64,000 bases of DNA from an uncultured delta proteobacterium (GCA_963816395.1 CAWFKQ010000007.1:224001-288000); one strand, 5' to 3'. Counted from the stretch's first letter, positions 20,432 through 32,274 are shown. The notes: generated from the letters alone by a model not told the origin. Program-made: numbers and translations.

Positions 20432-21352
20432 TCAACCTGCTGCAGAGTTGGGGAATACCCGCAACAGCTCGAAATCTCCCCGTCGCTCCCGCTCCCGGAG
20501 AGGTGCGTAGCGGGCCACCGCCAGCAGATGTTCCTGCCGCAGCAGCAAAACCACATCGCCTGCATTCCCCGGCGAAAAAGGGGAGACCTCCTGCAGCACT
20601 GGCGGCATGCCGTTCTGCAATCGGCTGGCGGCATCCGTGGTCACCTGCAGGGCCGGATAGTTGCGCAAGGCCACCTGCAGCGACAGAAGGCCGGGGCAGC
20701 CGGTCGCGGGATGATCTCCTTCCAGTTCCTCCAGGGAAAGGCAATCGGACTCGACAAACGGCCCGCTGCGCACCCGGCGCAGCGAGATAAGGTGCGCTCC
20801 GGGGCCTAACGCAGCGCCCAAATCGTGGGCCAGGGTCCGGATGTAGGTTCCTTTCGAACAGTCGACTTCCAGGCTGACATGCGGCAACTGCACCTCGCCC
20901 ACCTGTAAGCGGCGAATCTCCACCTCACGGGCTTCCCTTACCACTTCGATCCCCTGCCGCGCCAGTCGGTGCAGGGGGACTCCGTCCTTTTTCAGGGCCG
21001 AATACATCGGCGGCACCTGCCGGATGCGACCGACGAAAGACCGGCAGGCCGCCTCGATATCTTCCCGACTGAGCCCTTCGACCGGGCGCCGCGTCAGCAC
21101 CTTTCCCTCGGCATCCTGGGTGTCGGTAATTTCGCCCAGGCGGAGGACCGCCCGGTAGGTTTTTTCCCCCTCCATGAGAAACTGGACGATGCGAGTCCCT
21201 TCGCCGACGGCTACCTGAAGGATTCCGGTTGCCATTGGGTCGAGGGTTCCGGCATGACCGACCCGGCGGATCTTCAGCCGTCGGCGCACCCGGCGCACCA
21301 CATCGTGGGAGGTCAATCCCTTCGGTTTGTCAATGATCAGGATGCCGTTCAT
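20432..21352 (-). CDS. truB: tRNA pseudouridine(55) synthase
   Basis: DKPKGLTSHD, GHAGTLDPMATG, PPMYSALK, CSKGTYIRTL. Confidence 0.97.
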   Translation of the reverse strand: MNGILIIDKPKGLTSHDVVRRVRRRLKIRRVGHAGTLDPMATGILQVAVGEGTRIVQFLMEGEKTYRAVLRLGEITDTQDAEGKVLTRRPVEGLSREDIEAACRSFVGRIRQVPPMYSALKKDGVPLHRLARQGIEVVREAREVEIRRLQVGEVQLPHVSLEVDCSKGTYIRTLAHDLGAALGPGAHLISLRRVRSGPFVESDCLSLEELEGDHPATGCPGLLSLQVALRNYPALQVTTDAASRLQNGMPPVLQEVSPFSPGNAGDVVLLLRQEHLLAVARYAPLRERERRGDFELLRVFPNSAAG

Positions 21353-21372
21353 GGATATGGAGGGAGAGAGCC

Positions 21373-22350
21373 TCACGGCTTTCCATTGTCGCCTTGCGCA
21401 AGTAAGTCGTTGACACGGGCGAGGACAAAGGAACGCACCGCCTCCAGCGCCCCCTCAACCACCGCGCCGGCAGCGTTATGATGCCCGCCCCCGCCCAGCG
21501 CCCGGGCCAGGGAGCCGACATCTATCTTCCCCTTGGAACGGAACCCCACCTTATAAGAGAGCGGACCGATCTGGCGGAAGATGAGCGCCACCTCCACTCC
21601 CCGGATTGCCCGCGGATAGTTGACGAATCCGTCGGTGTGCTCAGGCCCCGCTCCCGTTTCCTGCAACATCCGGGTGGATACCGCAACCGAGGCAAGACGG
21701 CCGCACGGGGAGATTGTGAGAGTATCGAGGACCCGACCGAGAAGGCGCAGACGTTCCGCGGCCTGGTTCTCGTAAAGAGCGGAGGCGATGTCCCAAGTTG
21801 AGACGCCACTCTCCACCATCTCGGCGGCGATGCGGAAGGCCTCGGGATCGGCATTTGAGTAGCGAAAAGAGCCGGTATCGGCCAGAATCGCCGTATAAAT
21901 GCAGATCGCCACCTGGGGCGAAATCGGCATTCCGCCCTGCCGCAGCAGACGGTAGATCAGGGCGCCGGTGGCACTTGCCCGTTCGTCAATATAGTTGATT
22001 TCGCCGAAGGTCTCGGAGTAGGGATGGTGATCGATATTCACCAGGCTTCGGCAGCGCTCCGCCAGGCCGCGGCCGGCCCGCCGCAATTCCCCGGCATCCA
22101 GAATAAAACCGGCGTCAAAGATTTCCCCATCCAACTGCGAAACGATCCTCCCGGCTTCGGGGAGAAATGCGAGGGTTGCGGGGACGCCGTCCGGGTTAAA
22201 AGCGACAACCTCCTTACCCGCCGCGCGCAGGGCGATGGCCAGTGCCAGGGTGGAGGCAATGGCGTCGGCATCCGGTCCCTCGTGCGATGCGACCAGGAAC
22301 CGGTGCCCGGCTTCAATCTTCTTCAGAATGGCCGGAATCATCGGGAACAT
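21373..22350 (-). CDS. nrnA: DHH family phosphoesterase (NrnA-like)
   Basis: [28 protein letters not shown]. Confidence 0.9.
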   Translation of the reverse strand: MFPMIPAILKKIEAGHRFLVASHEGPDADAIASTLALAIALRAAGKEVVAFNPDGVPATLAFLPEAGRIVSQLDGEIFDAGFILDAGELRRAGRGLAERCRSLVNIDHHPYSETFGEINYIDERASATGALIYRLLRQGGMPISPQVAICIYTAILADTGSFRYSNADPEAFRIAAEMVESGVSTWDIASALYENQAAERLRLLGRVLDTLTISPCGRLASVAVSTRMLQETGAGPEHTDGFVNYPRAIRGVEVALIFRQIGPLSYKVGFRSKGKIDVGSLARALGGGGHHNAAGAVVEGALEAVRSFVLARVNDLLAQGDNGKP

Positions 22351-22690
22351 CGTGCCGGATCTCACGGAGAAGGGATTCAATGCGGTTGCCATATTCGATG
22401 GAGGAATCATACTGGAAAAGCAGGTCAGGGATGTAGCGCATCCGCAGGGACCGGCCAATTTCCCGCCGCAGGTAGGGGACTGCCCGGCGTAGACCGGCTT
22501 CAGTCTCCCGGCGCGCCGCTTCGTCGCCAATAATGGTGAAGAAGATCCGCGCCAGATGCAGATCGGGCGTCATCTCCACACCCGTAACGGTTATGAAGCC
22601 AATCCTCGGGTCTTTCAAACCTTTTTGCAGAAGCGCCGACACTTCCTTGTGAATCTGTTCGCCAACGCGGTGTGCTCGCTGTGAGTCCAA
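22313..22690 (-). CDS. rbfA: Ribosome-binding factor A
   Basis: [36 protein letters not shown]. Confidence 0.96.
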   Translation of the reverse strand: MDSQRAHRVGEQIHKEVSALLQKGLKDPRIGFITVTGVEMTPDLHLARIFFTIIGDEAARRETEAGLRRAVPYLRREIGRSLRMRYIPDLLFQYDSSIEYGNRIESLLREIRHDVPDDSGHSEED

Positions 22691-22702
22691 TCAAATTTCC
22701 GT

Positions 22703-22996
22703 TCAGAAATGGAGAATTTCCGTATGTCGATCACTGATTTCGGCAGAGCCGAGGCGTACGATCTCTTCCTCGATACGGTCGAAAACAGTGAGGATCAGAT
22801 CCTGGTCGTGGCCGATAATGGCAAAGCCGAGTTGCGCCCGCTGCCAGGTGTCCTGCAGGTCAGTCTCGGCACAGGAGACGGGAAAACGCACCCGGCAACG
22901 GCCAAGGATGCGGCGCACGATCCCCCGCTTTTCCTTGAGGCTGCCGGGCGAGTACAGGAGCAGTTCCAGGCGGAGAACGCCGACCAGCATGGCCAT
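22703..22996 (-). CDS. DUF503 (YlxP) family protein
   Basis: SLKEKR, F.VS.AE..QD.WQRA; position between infB and rbfA. Confidence 0.9.
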   Translation of the reverse strand: MAMLVGVLRLELLLYSPGSLKEKRGIVRRILGRCRVRFPVSCAETDLQDTWQRAQLGFAIIGHDQDLILTVFDRIEEEIVRLGSAEISDRHTEILHF

Positions 22997-23003
22997 CCTC
23001 CGA

Positions 23004-25807
23004 TCAGAGAGTGGTCTTCACCTCTTCGATCTCGAATACTTCGATGATATCACCAATCTTGATGTCGTTGAAATTCTCCAGCCCGATGCCGCACTCGTAA
23101 CCGGCGGCAACTTCCCTGGCATCATCCTTGAACCGCTTGAGGGAATTCATCTTTCCCTGCCAGACGACGACATTGTCGCGCACCAGCCGCGCCTGAGCAT
23201 TGCGCTGGGCCTTGCCTTCGAGAACATAACAGCCGGCAATGGTCCCCACACGGGAGACGCCGAAGGTTTCCCGCACTTCCACCCGACCGAGCTGCTTCTC
23301 ACGCAAGGTCGGCGCCAACAGGCCTTCCATGGCGCTGCGGACATCGGCTACCGCATCATAGATGATGTTATAGAGGCGGATGTCCACACCCTCCTGGTCG
23401 GCGAGAGTGGCAGCTTTCGGCTCGGGTCGGACACTGAAGCCGATAACGATGGCATCGGATGCGGAGGCCAGGGTTATATCGCTCTCGATAATGCCGCCGA
23501 CGCCGGTATGGATGACCACCAGCCGGCAGGCATCGGTAGACAATTTGGACAGCGAGTCCTTGACCGCTTCGACGGAACCCTGGACATCCCCCTTGATGAT
23601 GACCCTGAGCTCTTTAACATCGCCCTGCTGAATCCGGGCGTAGAGCTGGTCGAGGGAAATCTTGCTGGTCTTTGCCAGTTCGGACTCGCGCTGCTTCTGC
23701 TGCCGGTGCTGGGCCACGTCCCTGGCCACTTTCTCGTCTTCCACGGCATGGATGGTATCCCCGGCATCGGGCACTCCGGAAAGTCCGGTTACCTCCACCG
23801 GATATGACGGCCCGGCGGCCTCGACCCGGTTGCCGCGATGATCGGTCATGGTCCGCACCCGGCCGAAGTGAATACCGGAGACGATCGGATCGCCCGGGCG
23901 CAGTGTACCTTCCTGCACCAGGACCGTGGCGACCGGCCCGCGTCCACGGTCGAGCCGCGCCTCGATGATGGTCCCCCTGGCCCGTTTGTCCGGGCTGGCC
24001 TTCAGATCTATCACCTCAGCCTGCAACAGGATCATTTCCAGCAGCTGATCGAGGTTGGTGCCTTTTTTGGCGGAGACCTCGACGAATATCGTTTCCCCCC
24101 CCAGGCCTCCGGAACGAGACCAAATTCAGTCAGTTCCTGTTTGACCCGGTCGATATTTGCCTCGGCTTTATCAATCTTGTTGATCGCCACCAGAATCGGC
24201 ACGCCTGCCGCCTTGGCATGATTGATCGCCTCTTTGGTCTGCGGCATGACACCATCATCGGCAGCCACAACCAGGATGACGATGTCGGTCACCTTGGCGC
24301 CACGGGCGCGCATTGCCGTAAAAGCCTCGTGCCCCGGGGTGTCGACAAAGGTGATTTTGCGGCCATCCAACTCAACATCATAGGCGCCGATATGCTGGGT
24401 AATGCCGCCGGCTTCGCCGGCAGTTACGTTGCTGGCGCGAATGGCATCGAGCAGACTGGTCTTGCCATGGTCGACGTGCCCCATGATGGTGACGACGGGC
24501 GGCCGCGGCCGCAGATCCTCCGGGTTTTCCTCTTCCCCGGCTTTGAGAACGGCATGCTCGAGCATAGCCTCTTCGTCAAAGGCCACGTTTTCCACCTCGT
24601 AATTGAATTCCGAGGCCATGAGGGCGGCGGTTTCGAAGTCAAGGGGGTGGTTGATGGTGACCATCGAGCCCTGGCGCATCATTTCCTTGATCAGGTCATT
24701 TGCCTTGATCCCCATGCGTTTGGCAAGTTCACCAACGGTAATCGAATCGCTGATGCGGATGATCCGTTTGATCGCCTTGGAGACCGTAACTTCGGTTTTT
24801 TTCGCCGGCTTGGCGGCTTTTTTCCCCTTGCGCAGCTTTTGGTTGCGCTCAGGCTCGAAAATCTCCACCCGGCGGCCGCGCCGTCGCGCTTCCGGAGCTT
24901 CGCCGGTCGCGTAATCGGCACCTTTCCCTTTCTTGTTCTTTTTGCCGCCGCGCTGCTCCTTGGGAGCGAAACCTTCCCCGGGAGCGGGGGCAGGAGCGGG
25001 GCGGCCGCCGCCGGGTGCCGGACGCCCGGCACCGGCAGGTGCCGGCCGGGCGGTGGTCGGCCGAGCAGTCGGCCGGCCTGGAGCCGGACGCCCCGCCTGC
25101 GGTTCTTCCCGCCGGGCTGGAGCGCCCGCATGGGCTCTGGTCGGTTCGCGACGCACCGGGGCACCGCGTGACGGCTCCTCGCGGCGGGCCGGCGGTGCCT
25201 GCGGCAGCTCCACCCGGCCCAGGATCCTGGCTCGGGAGGGGGTTGCTTTCTCCGGCCGGGCCTCCCGGCGCCCGGGGGCAGGTTTCGCCGCTTCCGGCGC
25301 CGGTTTCTCCACCGGCCCTGCGGCGGCCGCCGGCGGTATCGATTCGACCTTGCCCGGCACTTTCTCGCCTGGCATGAGGTCGGCTGCAGGCGGTGTTTCT
25401 GCAGACACGGAAGTGGTTTCGGGGGCGGGTGCCACCTCCTCGCCTTTGGCCTGACCTTTCGCCTTTTCCTCGATCTCGACCTTTGCTTCTGCCTCGGGTC
25501 TGCTTTCAGAAACGGCGGGTTCAGCTCCGGCCTCGGCCTTTTCGGCGGCTGCAAGTGCGGGCGGTTCGGCAGCAACGGGTGGGGGCACATCCTTGCGGCG
25601 GCGGCGGATGATCCCAGGAGTGATTCTCTCCTCTTCGATCTTTTCTGCTACCGGCGCCGAGGCGGCCTCAAATTTCCGCAGGTCGTCATCTTCCAGAACG
25701 CTCATGTGCGTCTTGGCGTCAACTCCAGCCTCCTGCAGTTTGTCCAGCAGTTCCTTGTTTTCCAGGCCCATTTGCTGCGCCAGTTCGTATACCCGTGTCT
25801 TTCCCAT
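23004..25807 (-). CDS. infB: Translation initiation factor IF-2, frameshift at C8 run 24095-24102
   Basis: [42 protein letters not shown]; one extra G restores the frame. Confidence 0.98.
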
Positions 25808-26400
25808 CAACTCTCCCCTACGATGTGCTCATACCGTAACAGCTCGGTACGGATCGATGCCGCCAGCGGACTTTCCCGGAGGGCAACGACACTGCGTTCG
25901 CCTTTTCCCAGAACCTGCCCTAGAAGATCTTTGTCGAACAGACGGTGGCAAGGGACGCCTGTTTTCTCCGCCCGGCCCATAACCTTTTCGCCAATGCCGG
26001 CGGAGAGATCCTCTGCGAGCAAAATTACTACCGGCGGCGCGGCGCTGTCCAGGGTCATCAGGACCAGCCCGCTGCCCGAGACGGCCTGACCCGCCTTGCG
26101 CGCCATTCCCAACAGATTCAGGATGCGCTCGCGGACCTGGCGCTCGAGGGTGACGCGGAGCGCCTCGCCATCGACTCGACAGCTCCTGCGAAAAACCCGT
26201 TCGAACTGCCGTTTCTTCACGGCCGCCTGCAGGCAGCGGCGATCGAAATGGGTGTAGGCACCTCGCCCTGGCAGCTTCCGGCCGTAATCGATAAGAATCT
26301 CTCCCGCCGGTGAGAGCACGTAACGCACCAGCGCGCTCTGATCGATGACCTGGCGGCAGCCCAGGCAGGTTCTCTGCGCCTTATGCCCGACTGCAGGCAA
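25807..26400 (-). CDS. YlxR (DUF448)-L7Ae/YlxQ fusion RNA-binding protein
   Basis: RTCLGCR..GRGAY (YlxR) followed by [16 protein letters not shown] (L7Ae). Confidence 0.88.
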   Translation of the reverse strand: MPAVGHKAQRTCLGCRQVIDQSALVRYVLSPAGEILIDYGRKLPGRGAYTHFDRRCLQAAVKKRQFERVFRRSCRVDGEALRVTLERQVRERILNLLGMARKAGQAVSGSGLVLMTLDSAAPPVVILLAEDLSAGIGEKVMGRAEKTGVPCHRLFDKDLLGQVLGKGERSVVALRESPLAASIRTELLRYEHIVGES

Positions 26401-26405
26401 AGCCG

Positions 26406-27608
26406 TTATTCCTCCCGTTCAGCAGACTCGGTGCCCTCTCCCGGATTCTCAGCGGCGGCAATGCCTTCTTCGGCCGAAACTACCTCCCCGATTTCTTCAG
26501 CCGGAGAGGTTTCCGGCGACTCGTCGGCCGCCGCATTAGCGGCCGCCAGTTCCTGGGCGGCGGCCTCCAATTCCGCTTCCGCAGCCCGGGTTTCACTCTT
26601 GATGTCTATTTTCCATCCGCTCAGTTTGGCGGCCAAACGGACATTCTGCCCCTTTTTGCCGATGGCCAGCGACAGCTGATCGTCAGGCACGATGACTTCC
26701 AGGGCCTGTTCCTCATCATCGACGTACACCCGGGAGACTTCCGCCGGCGCCAGTGCGGAAACGGCAAAGCGGGCGATGTCCTGACTCCAGGGAACAATAT
26801 CGATCTTCTCACCGCGCAATTCGGAAACAACATTCTGTACGCGGGAGCCGCGCATACCGACGCACGCGCCGACCGGATCGACATCCGAATCGTAGGAAAC
26901 CACCGCAATTTTCGCTCGGCTGCCCGGTTCTCGAGCTACCGATTTAATCTCCACAATTCCCTCGGCCACCTCGGGCACTTCGGTCTGGAAAAGGGCGGCA
27001 ACCAGCCCCGGATGAGTACGGGAGACAATGATCTGCGGGCCCTTGGTGGACATCTTCACCTCGGAGATGTAGACCCTGGCGCGATCCCCCTGCCGGTAGT
27101 TCTCCCGCGGCACTTGCTCCCGGTGCGGCAGCAGAGCTTCCGCCCGCCCCAGGTCGATGATCAGATCTCCCCGCTCGTAGCGCCGGACAATACCGTTCAC
27201 CAGTTCACCGATACGGTCCTTGAATTCGTTGAAAACACCCTCCCGCTCAGCCTCGCGGACCTTCTGGATGATTACCTGCTTAGCAGTCTGGGCGGCAATG
27301 CGGCTGAAATTGCTGGCATCCATCTTCATGCCGAGAGAGTCGCCGGATTCCACCTCGGGATCGATCTGGCGGGCCTCCTCCAGGTCGATCTCCTTATAAG
27401 AGTCCTGCACCTCCTCAACCACGGTGACGAACTCGAACAACTCCACCTCGCCCAATTCGTCGTTGTAATGGGCCTCCAGGTCGCGCGTGTTGCGGTACTT
27501 CTTATTGGCGGCGGAGAGCACCGCGGATTCCAGGGCCTCGACCAGGACCCCCCGGTCAATACCCTTATCCTTCACGACCTGGTCGATGATATGGTTAAGA
27601 TTCACCAT
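26406..27608 (-). CDS. nusA: Transcription factor NusA
   Basis: [50 protein letters not shown]. Confidence 0.98.
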   Translation of the reverse strand: MVNLNHIIDQVVKDKGIDRGVLVEALESAVLSAANKKYRNTRDLEAHYNDELGEVELFEFVTVVEEVQDSYKEIDLEEARQIDPEVESGDSLGMKMDASNFSRIAAQTAKQVIIQKVREAEREGVFNEFKDRIGELVNGIVRRYERGDLIIDLGRAEALLPHREQVPRENYRQGDRARVYISEVKMSTKGPQIIVSRTHPGLVAALFQTEVPEVAEGIVEIKSVAREPGSRAKIAVVSYDSDVDPVGACVGMRGSRVQNVVSELRGEKIDIVPWSQDIARFAVSALAPAEVSRVYVDDEEQALEVIVPDDQLSLAIGKKGQNVRLAAKLSGWKIDIKSETRAAEAELEAAAQELAAANAAADESPETSPAEEIGEVVSAEEGIAAAENPGEGTESAEREE

Positions 27609-27701
27609 TCTTTCTTCCCCCTAGTCACGTCTACTCGAGAGCGGCCGGACGGCCGGCATTCGATTTCTTCCTTGCTCAGGCACCTGCCCGGCAGGCGCGG
27701 T

Positions 27702-28190
27702 TCAGAATTCGATTTCGAGATGGGCTTTTTCGATCCCCTCAAGCGGGAGTTCGACCTCCCCACCCTTCTTATCGGTCTGGCGGATTTTCACAACCCCTTC
27801 TTCCAGCCCCAGCAGTTCCCCGACGAAGGTTTTACGCAAGTGCCCCCGCCTATCAGGATCAAGCCGCTCGCGGGTCTTAATTTTTACCAGTTGGCCGGCA
27901 AAACGCCTGTAATCCTCCGTCTTCTTCAGCGGCCGGTCCAGCCCGGGCGAGGAAACTTCCAGACGGTACGAGGAACGGATGAGATCCTCTATTTCCAGGA
28001 CGGTCCCGATTTCCCGGCTGAAATCAGCACAGTCATCGAGTGTGACGCCTCCCGCCTTGTCGATGAAAAAGCGCAGGAACCAGTCTCTTCCCTCCCGCTT
28101 AAACTCCAGGTCGACCAACTCCAAGCCCATCTCCTGGAGGATCGGGGCAGCCAGTTCCTGTATCGTGTCGAGCGGCGTTTCCGGTCTCAC
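27702..28190 (-). CDS. rimP: Ribosome maturation factor RimP
   Basis: GVTLDDC, YRLEVSSPGLDRPL. Confidence 0.96.
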   Translation of the reverse strand: MRPETPLDTIQELAAPILQEMGLELVDLEFKREGRDWFLRFFIDKAGGVTLDDCADFSREIGTVLEIEDLIRSSYRLEVSSPGLDRPLKKTEDYRRFAGQLVKIKTRERLDPDRRGHLRKTFVGELLGLEEGVVKIRQTDKKGGEVELPLEGIEKAHLEIEF

Positions 28191-28202
28191 CTTTCAGCCT
28201 CG

Positions 28203-28237
28203 AAAATAAAAAAAGTGAGCAAAACAGCCCACTTTTA
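28203..28237 (-). promoter_or_regulatory. rimP-leader terminator-like hairpin
   Basis: Minus strand AAAAGTGGGC-tgtttt-GCTCACTTTTTTT immediately upstream of rimP, like the conserved rimP/nusA leader. Confidence 0.7.
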
Positions 28238-28391
28238 CCGAGTGAACAAGCATAACATTCATTTAATATCACGAAGTTGGCGCAAAGGCAAGAAAAATTA
28301 TATCTGAGGCTACTGCCGCCGGGTGGCAGATCAGGGGCTGCCCGAAAGGGACTCCAGCCTGCGTTATTGTCTCCTGCCGCCAGGCGGCTTG

Positions 28392-29693
28392 TCAACTTCC
28401 GACATCCCTCCGTCTCTGTAAAAGGCTCAGGCTCTCGATATGGTAGGTCTGGGGGAAGAGGTCGAAGGGGCGCGTCCAGAGCAGGTCGTATCCTGCGTTC
28501 ACCAGGGGCTTCAGGTCGCGGGCCAGGGTCGGCGGATCGCAGGAGACGTACAGGATGCGCCTGGGGGGTGCCTGCAGCAATTCCTTGACCACCCGAAAGG
28601 CGCCGGTGCGCGGCGGATCAAGGACAACCAGATCGAAGGGGCGGCCACCGCCGAGGCGTTCGGCCGCCCCTTCCGCAGCTGATGCCTGGAAGGTCACATT
28701 ATCGATACCGTTGCGACGCGCATTGGCCCGGGCCTGATCGATCGCCGCGGCGTATTCCTCAACTCCGAAAACCTCTCTCGCCCGCCGGGCCAGCGGCAGG
28801 GAAAAGTTACCCATGCCGCAGTAGAGGTCGAGCACCCGCTCGCAGCCCGTGAGCGCCGCGGCTTCCACTACTGCCTGCACCAGGGTACGATTCTGGGACA
28901 GGTTGACCTGGGCAAACCCGCCTGGGCCGTAAGCCAGCAGCAGCGGCGGTGAATCCACACTGATGACGAGGTCCGGAACGCCGCCCACCGCGATCAGGGT
29001 GTCCTTGCGTCCCTGCTGGAGGAAAAGGGCGATCCCCGCCTCTTCCGCCCGCGGGCGAAGATAGGAGATCAGCGGGCCTGGATCCCCGCCGAGAAAATGC
29101 ACCACCGCCCGCACCGGCCCGACTTCTCCGGTGGCCAGATCGACCTGCGGAATTCGGGAGGGGGAGGGAGAAGCCGGAAGCCATAGGCGAAAGCAGGAGA
29201 GAGCCTCGTTCAACCGGGAGTCAGTGATCGGGCAGTGAGGCACGTCGATCACGAAATGGCTCCCCCGACGATAGAATCCCATGACGAATCCGCTTTCGGT
29301 CTGCCGACATTTGAACTGCACCCGGCTGCGGTAATGCCACTCTTCGGTTGCCGGCGCCGCCGGCAGTAATGGCGGGGCGGTGATGCCCGCCTGCCGCCGC
29401 AGCAACTCGGAAAAAATCCGCTCCTTCCAACGACACTGCTCGGGGTAAGGCAAGTGCTGCCACTGGCAACCGCCACAGGTGCCGAAAACGGGGCACGGGG
29501 GCATCCGCCGTACCGGAGCGGGAGTCAGAAGATCTTCCATCTCCGCCTCGGCATAGCGCCCCTTGTCGCGAATAATTCGACAGCGGATCCGGTCTCCTGG
29601 GGCCGTCAGGGGAATGAAGACAGCCTTGCCGTGGTGGCGCCCCACCCCATTGCCGCCGAAGGCGAGGGAATCGACCGTCAATTCAATGCTCAT
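28392..29693 (-). CDS. rlmD: 23S rRNA (uracil-C5)-methyltransferase RlmD family
   Basis: TRAM domain, CPVFGTCGGC Fe-S motif, F.QVN, DLYCGMG, DPPR, YVSCDP. Confidence 0.93.
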   Translation of the reverse strand: MSIELTVDSLAFGGNGVGRHHGKAVFIPLTAPGDRIRCRIIRDKGRYAEAEMEDLLTPAPVRRMPPCPVFGTCGGCQWQHLPYPEQCRWKERIFSELLRRQAGITAPPLLPAAPATEEWHYRSRVQFKCRQTESGFVMGFYRRGSHFVIDVPHCPITDSRLNEALSCFRLWLPASPSPSRIPQVDLATGEVGPVRAVVHFLGGDPGPLISYLRPRAEEAGIALFLQQGRKDTLIAVGGVPDLVISVDSPPLLLAYGPGGFAQVNLSQNRTLVQAVVEAAALTGCERVLDLYCGMGNFSLPLARRAREVFGVEEYAAAIDQARANARRNGIDNVTFQASAAEGAAERLGGGRPFDLVVLDPPRTGAFRVVKELLQAPPRRILYVSCDPPTLARDLKPLVNAGYDLLWTRPFDLFPQTYHIESLSLLQRRRDVGS

Positions 29694-30064
29694 CGGGGAA
29701 TAAGAGAAGGGCGCCGGCCCCGGCGCGCAGCGGCCAGCCGGCTGGCGATCAGGCGCCCGGGGAAAGCCGGGTTGCTCAGGTAAGGGCGGGCATTGGCCAG
29801 AAAGGCCTCAACCATCTGCTGGCGAACGCGAGACACCTCATCGCTCGGCACCCCCATTCGCTCCAACCGGCGGGAATAGTCGATCGACTCCCCAAGCAGG
29901 GCGCGTGCCCGCTCCAGTTCGGCTTCCGCCAGCGAGTCCGCGGCAAGCGGCACCCGGCAACGGACTTCCAGGCACAGGTGCCAGTAATCGCCGAAGTAGC
30001 GGTTGGAAAGGTCGAAGAATTCGAGGATCAGGCCGTTGGCAAGGATTTCGGTGCGAAAGAGCAT
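29690..30064 (-). CDS. Hypothetical protein
   Basis: 124-aa ORF coupled to rlmD (4-bp overlap); DLSNRYFGDYW, YLSNPAFP. Confidence 0.75.
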   Translation of the reverse strand: MLFRTEILANGLILEFFDLSNRYFGDYWHLCLEVRCRVPLAADSLAEAELERARALLGESIDYSRRLERMGVPSDEVSRVRQQMVEAFLANARPYLSNPAFPGRLIASRLAAARRGRRPSLIPR

Positions 30065-30065
30065 A

Positions 30066-30151
30066 ATCGGTTATCGGTTATCGGCTATCGGCTATCGGTT
30101 ATCGGCTATCGGCTATCGGCTATCGGCTGCTATCGGTTATCGGCTATCGGT
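30066..30151. repeat. Heptamer tandem array (ATCGGYT) x12
   Basis: Direct reading: 9 units, a 3-nt interruption, 3 more units. Confidence 0.97.
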
Positions 30152-30206
30152 AAGCTGTGCCGGTACGAGAAAAATCTTGCACGGGGGCGGCAGATGGCAA
30201 CTATCC

Positions 30207-30966
30207 TCAGCTCTCTTTTTCGTTCCGCATCCCGCGCCCCTCGCACTTCCTTCTTTCCCCTTCCAGCCAGTCGAGCCGGCTCCACAGGCCATGGAGGATG
30301 CGCACCTCCCTTTCGCCGAGGCCGGCACGGCCGAAGATGCGGCGGAAGGCGCGCAAAATATGATCAGGATTCTGCGGGTCGAGAAAACCGATGCCCAGCA
30401 GGGTCTGCCGCATGTGACGAAACATCCCCTCAAGGATTTCTCCACGCACCGGCCGCCGTCCGGCTCGTTTACCCACCGACTCCCCGGCGGCCTTGGCCAC
30501 CTCATACAGGCAAAGGGAGACGGCCTGCGCCAGATTCATCGAAGGCAGCAGGTCGCTGGTAGGGATGGTGATCAGCCACTGGCAGAGATCGAGTTCGGCG
30601 GTGTGCAGGCCCCTGTCTTCTCGGCCGAAAACCAGGGCCGTGCGCCCTTGGGGCGCCAGGGCGAAGAAGAGTCTGCGCGGCCTGATCGGGGTGGAGAAAA
30701 TCCTCGCGGTATTTGCCGAAACGGCGGGTCGTCCCCAGGGCCAGGCGACAATCGGCAAGGGCCGACAGCAGGTCGGGATGGACAGCGGCCTGCTCCAGCA
30801 CGAACGCCGCCTTAACGGCCATTCGCCGAGCTTCATCGGCAAGATGGTCGGCCTGCGGCCGTACCAGGCGCAGGTCGGAAAAACCAAAATTCATCATCGC
30901 CCGCGCCACCGAGCCGATATTGAGTGCTCCCTGCGGTTCGACCAGGACGATGGAAATATTTTCCAA
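30207..30966 (-). CDS. trmJ: tRNA C32/U32 2'-O-methyltransferase TrmJ family, frameshifted
   Basis: IVLVEPQG..NIGSVARAM.NFG, ALVFGREDRGL, SMNLAQAV split over two frames. Confidence 0.9.
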
Positions 30967-30970
30967 AGCA

Positions 30971-30998
30971 AATTTTGAATTTTGAATTTTCAATTTTG
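30971..30998. repeat. Heptamer array (AATTTTG) x4
   Basis: AATTTTG AATTTTG AATTTTC AATTTTG directly upstream of trmJ. Confidence 0.9.
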
Positions 30999-31060
30999 CA
31001 TTAACTTCTGAAGCACAGGCCACGAAAGGATCTCTTGGACTTGTCAGTTCCAGACACGAG

Positions 31061-31800
31061 TTAGTCAAGATCTCCCAGGGCAAACTGGACGAGGGCGGCA
31101 CCGATGATTGCCGCGGTTTCAGTACGCAGCAGGCGCGGCCCGACGGAAATTGGAAGGAAACCGAGCCGGCGGGCATCTTCCAACTCTTCGGTGGCGAATC
31201 CCCCTTCCGGGCCGACCAATAGGGCAACCCGACGGGGGCTTTCCCCCCGCAACGCCTCACGCACCCCCCAGGATTCTCCACCCTCGAAGAGCATCAGCTT
31301 GAGGTCGGCGCCGGCAGCCCGGTAGGTTGCCTCATCCCAGGAAACGACCGGATAGAGTTCAGGGAGAACCGCCCGGCGGCACTGCTTTGCCGCCCGCAGC
31401 ACCACGTCCGGCCAGCGATGCGACTTCTTCTGTCCGGCGTCCCTTTCCTCCAGCGTGGCGGAACGGTGTGAGACAAAAGGGATCACCCGAGCGACCCCGA
31501 GTTCTGTGAGCTTCTGCAGAATGAGCTCAAAGCGCTCCTTCTCCGGCAGTGCCTGGTAGACCTCGATGACCAACGGACTTTCCGGCGGCCGGGCGAAACG
31601 CTGGAAGGGGATGACCACGGCCTGTTGCGGGCCGAGTTCGGTCAGGCGGGCACGGTAGAAGACCTGTTCGGGATCGACAACGGTAACTACTTCGCCGGGA
31701 CGGGCTCGCCAGCGCGCCAGGGAGGCGAGGGACACCAGGTTGATCGGCCGCTCCAGCCTGGGCACCGCGGGCAGGCGGAGCAGGCTTTCCGGGCCGCCAT
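31061..31800 (-). CDS. rsmE: 16S rRNA m3U1498 methyltransferase RsmE (start approximate)
   Basis: QKLTELGV, AAKQCRR, VGPEGGF, GPRLLRTETA. Confidence 0.92.
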
Positions 31801-31802
31801 CG

Positions 31803-32218
31803 TTAACGCATTCCGGGGGCAAAGCCGGCCTCCCGGTACTGGACGAACCGGCGCCGGGCATCAGCAGCGAGTTCAGCGTCGTAGATCTCGGCAAAATCGA
31901 TGACGTGCTCGAATTGTCGGATGAAGTCAAAGGAGCACGGCTTACCCATGATCAGCACCCGGGCGCCGTTGGGGTTGCGCTCACAACTGCCGATCACCAC
32001 CGGTTCATCCAGGCAGTCGACGGCGCCGTTGTCATAGGCATGCGGGATGAAGTGCCCTTCTGCCAGGTCCAGAGAAAGCGGTCCAGGGTCACCCCCTGAT
32101 TGTCGTCGGCGACGGTGACCAGCACCCGTCCTCCGGCCCGGTAGAACTCATCGGCCAGCTCGCACAGATGCTTGGCCTTTTCGGGCTTGCGCAAACGGAT
32201 GAATTCAACTTTGGGCAT
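31803..32218 (-). CDS. holC: DNA polymerase III chi subunit, frameshifted
   Basis: LCELA, LDRFLWTW..F.PH, ARRRF..YR..GF. Confidence 0.8.
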
Positions 32219-32228
32219 GGCTAAAGTC

Positions 32229-32262
32229 AGTGAGATAGTGAGATAGTGAGGTAGTGAGATAG
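32229..32262. repeat. Octamer array (AGTGAGAT) x4
   Basis: Direct reading. Confidence 0.92.
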
Positions 32263-32274
32263 AAAAATCCAAAC

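Noticed and set aside
24090..24105. Programmed frameshift or phase variation at the infB homopolymer
   Set aside because: Essential gene, typical homopolymer deletion error, and many similar breaks across the window
24900..25600. Pro/Ala/Arg-rich repeats inside infB (PARREEP, GRPAP)
   Set aside because: Ordinary low-complexity IF-2 N-terminal linker
28240..28390. tRNA upstream of rimP (as metY in E. coli)
   Set aside because: No cloverleaf or T-loop motif visible
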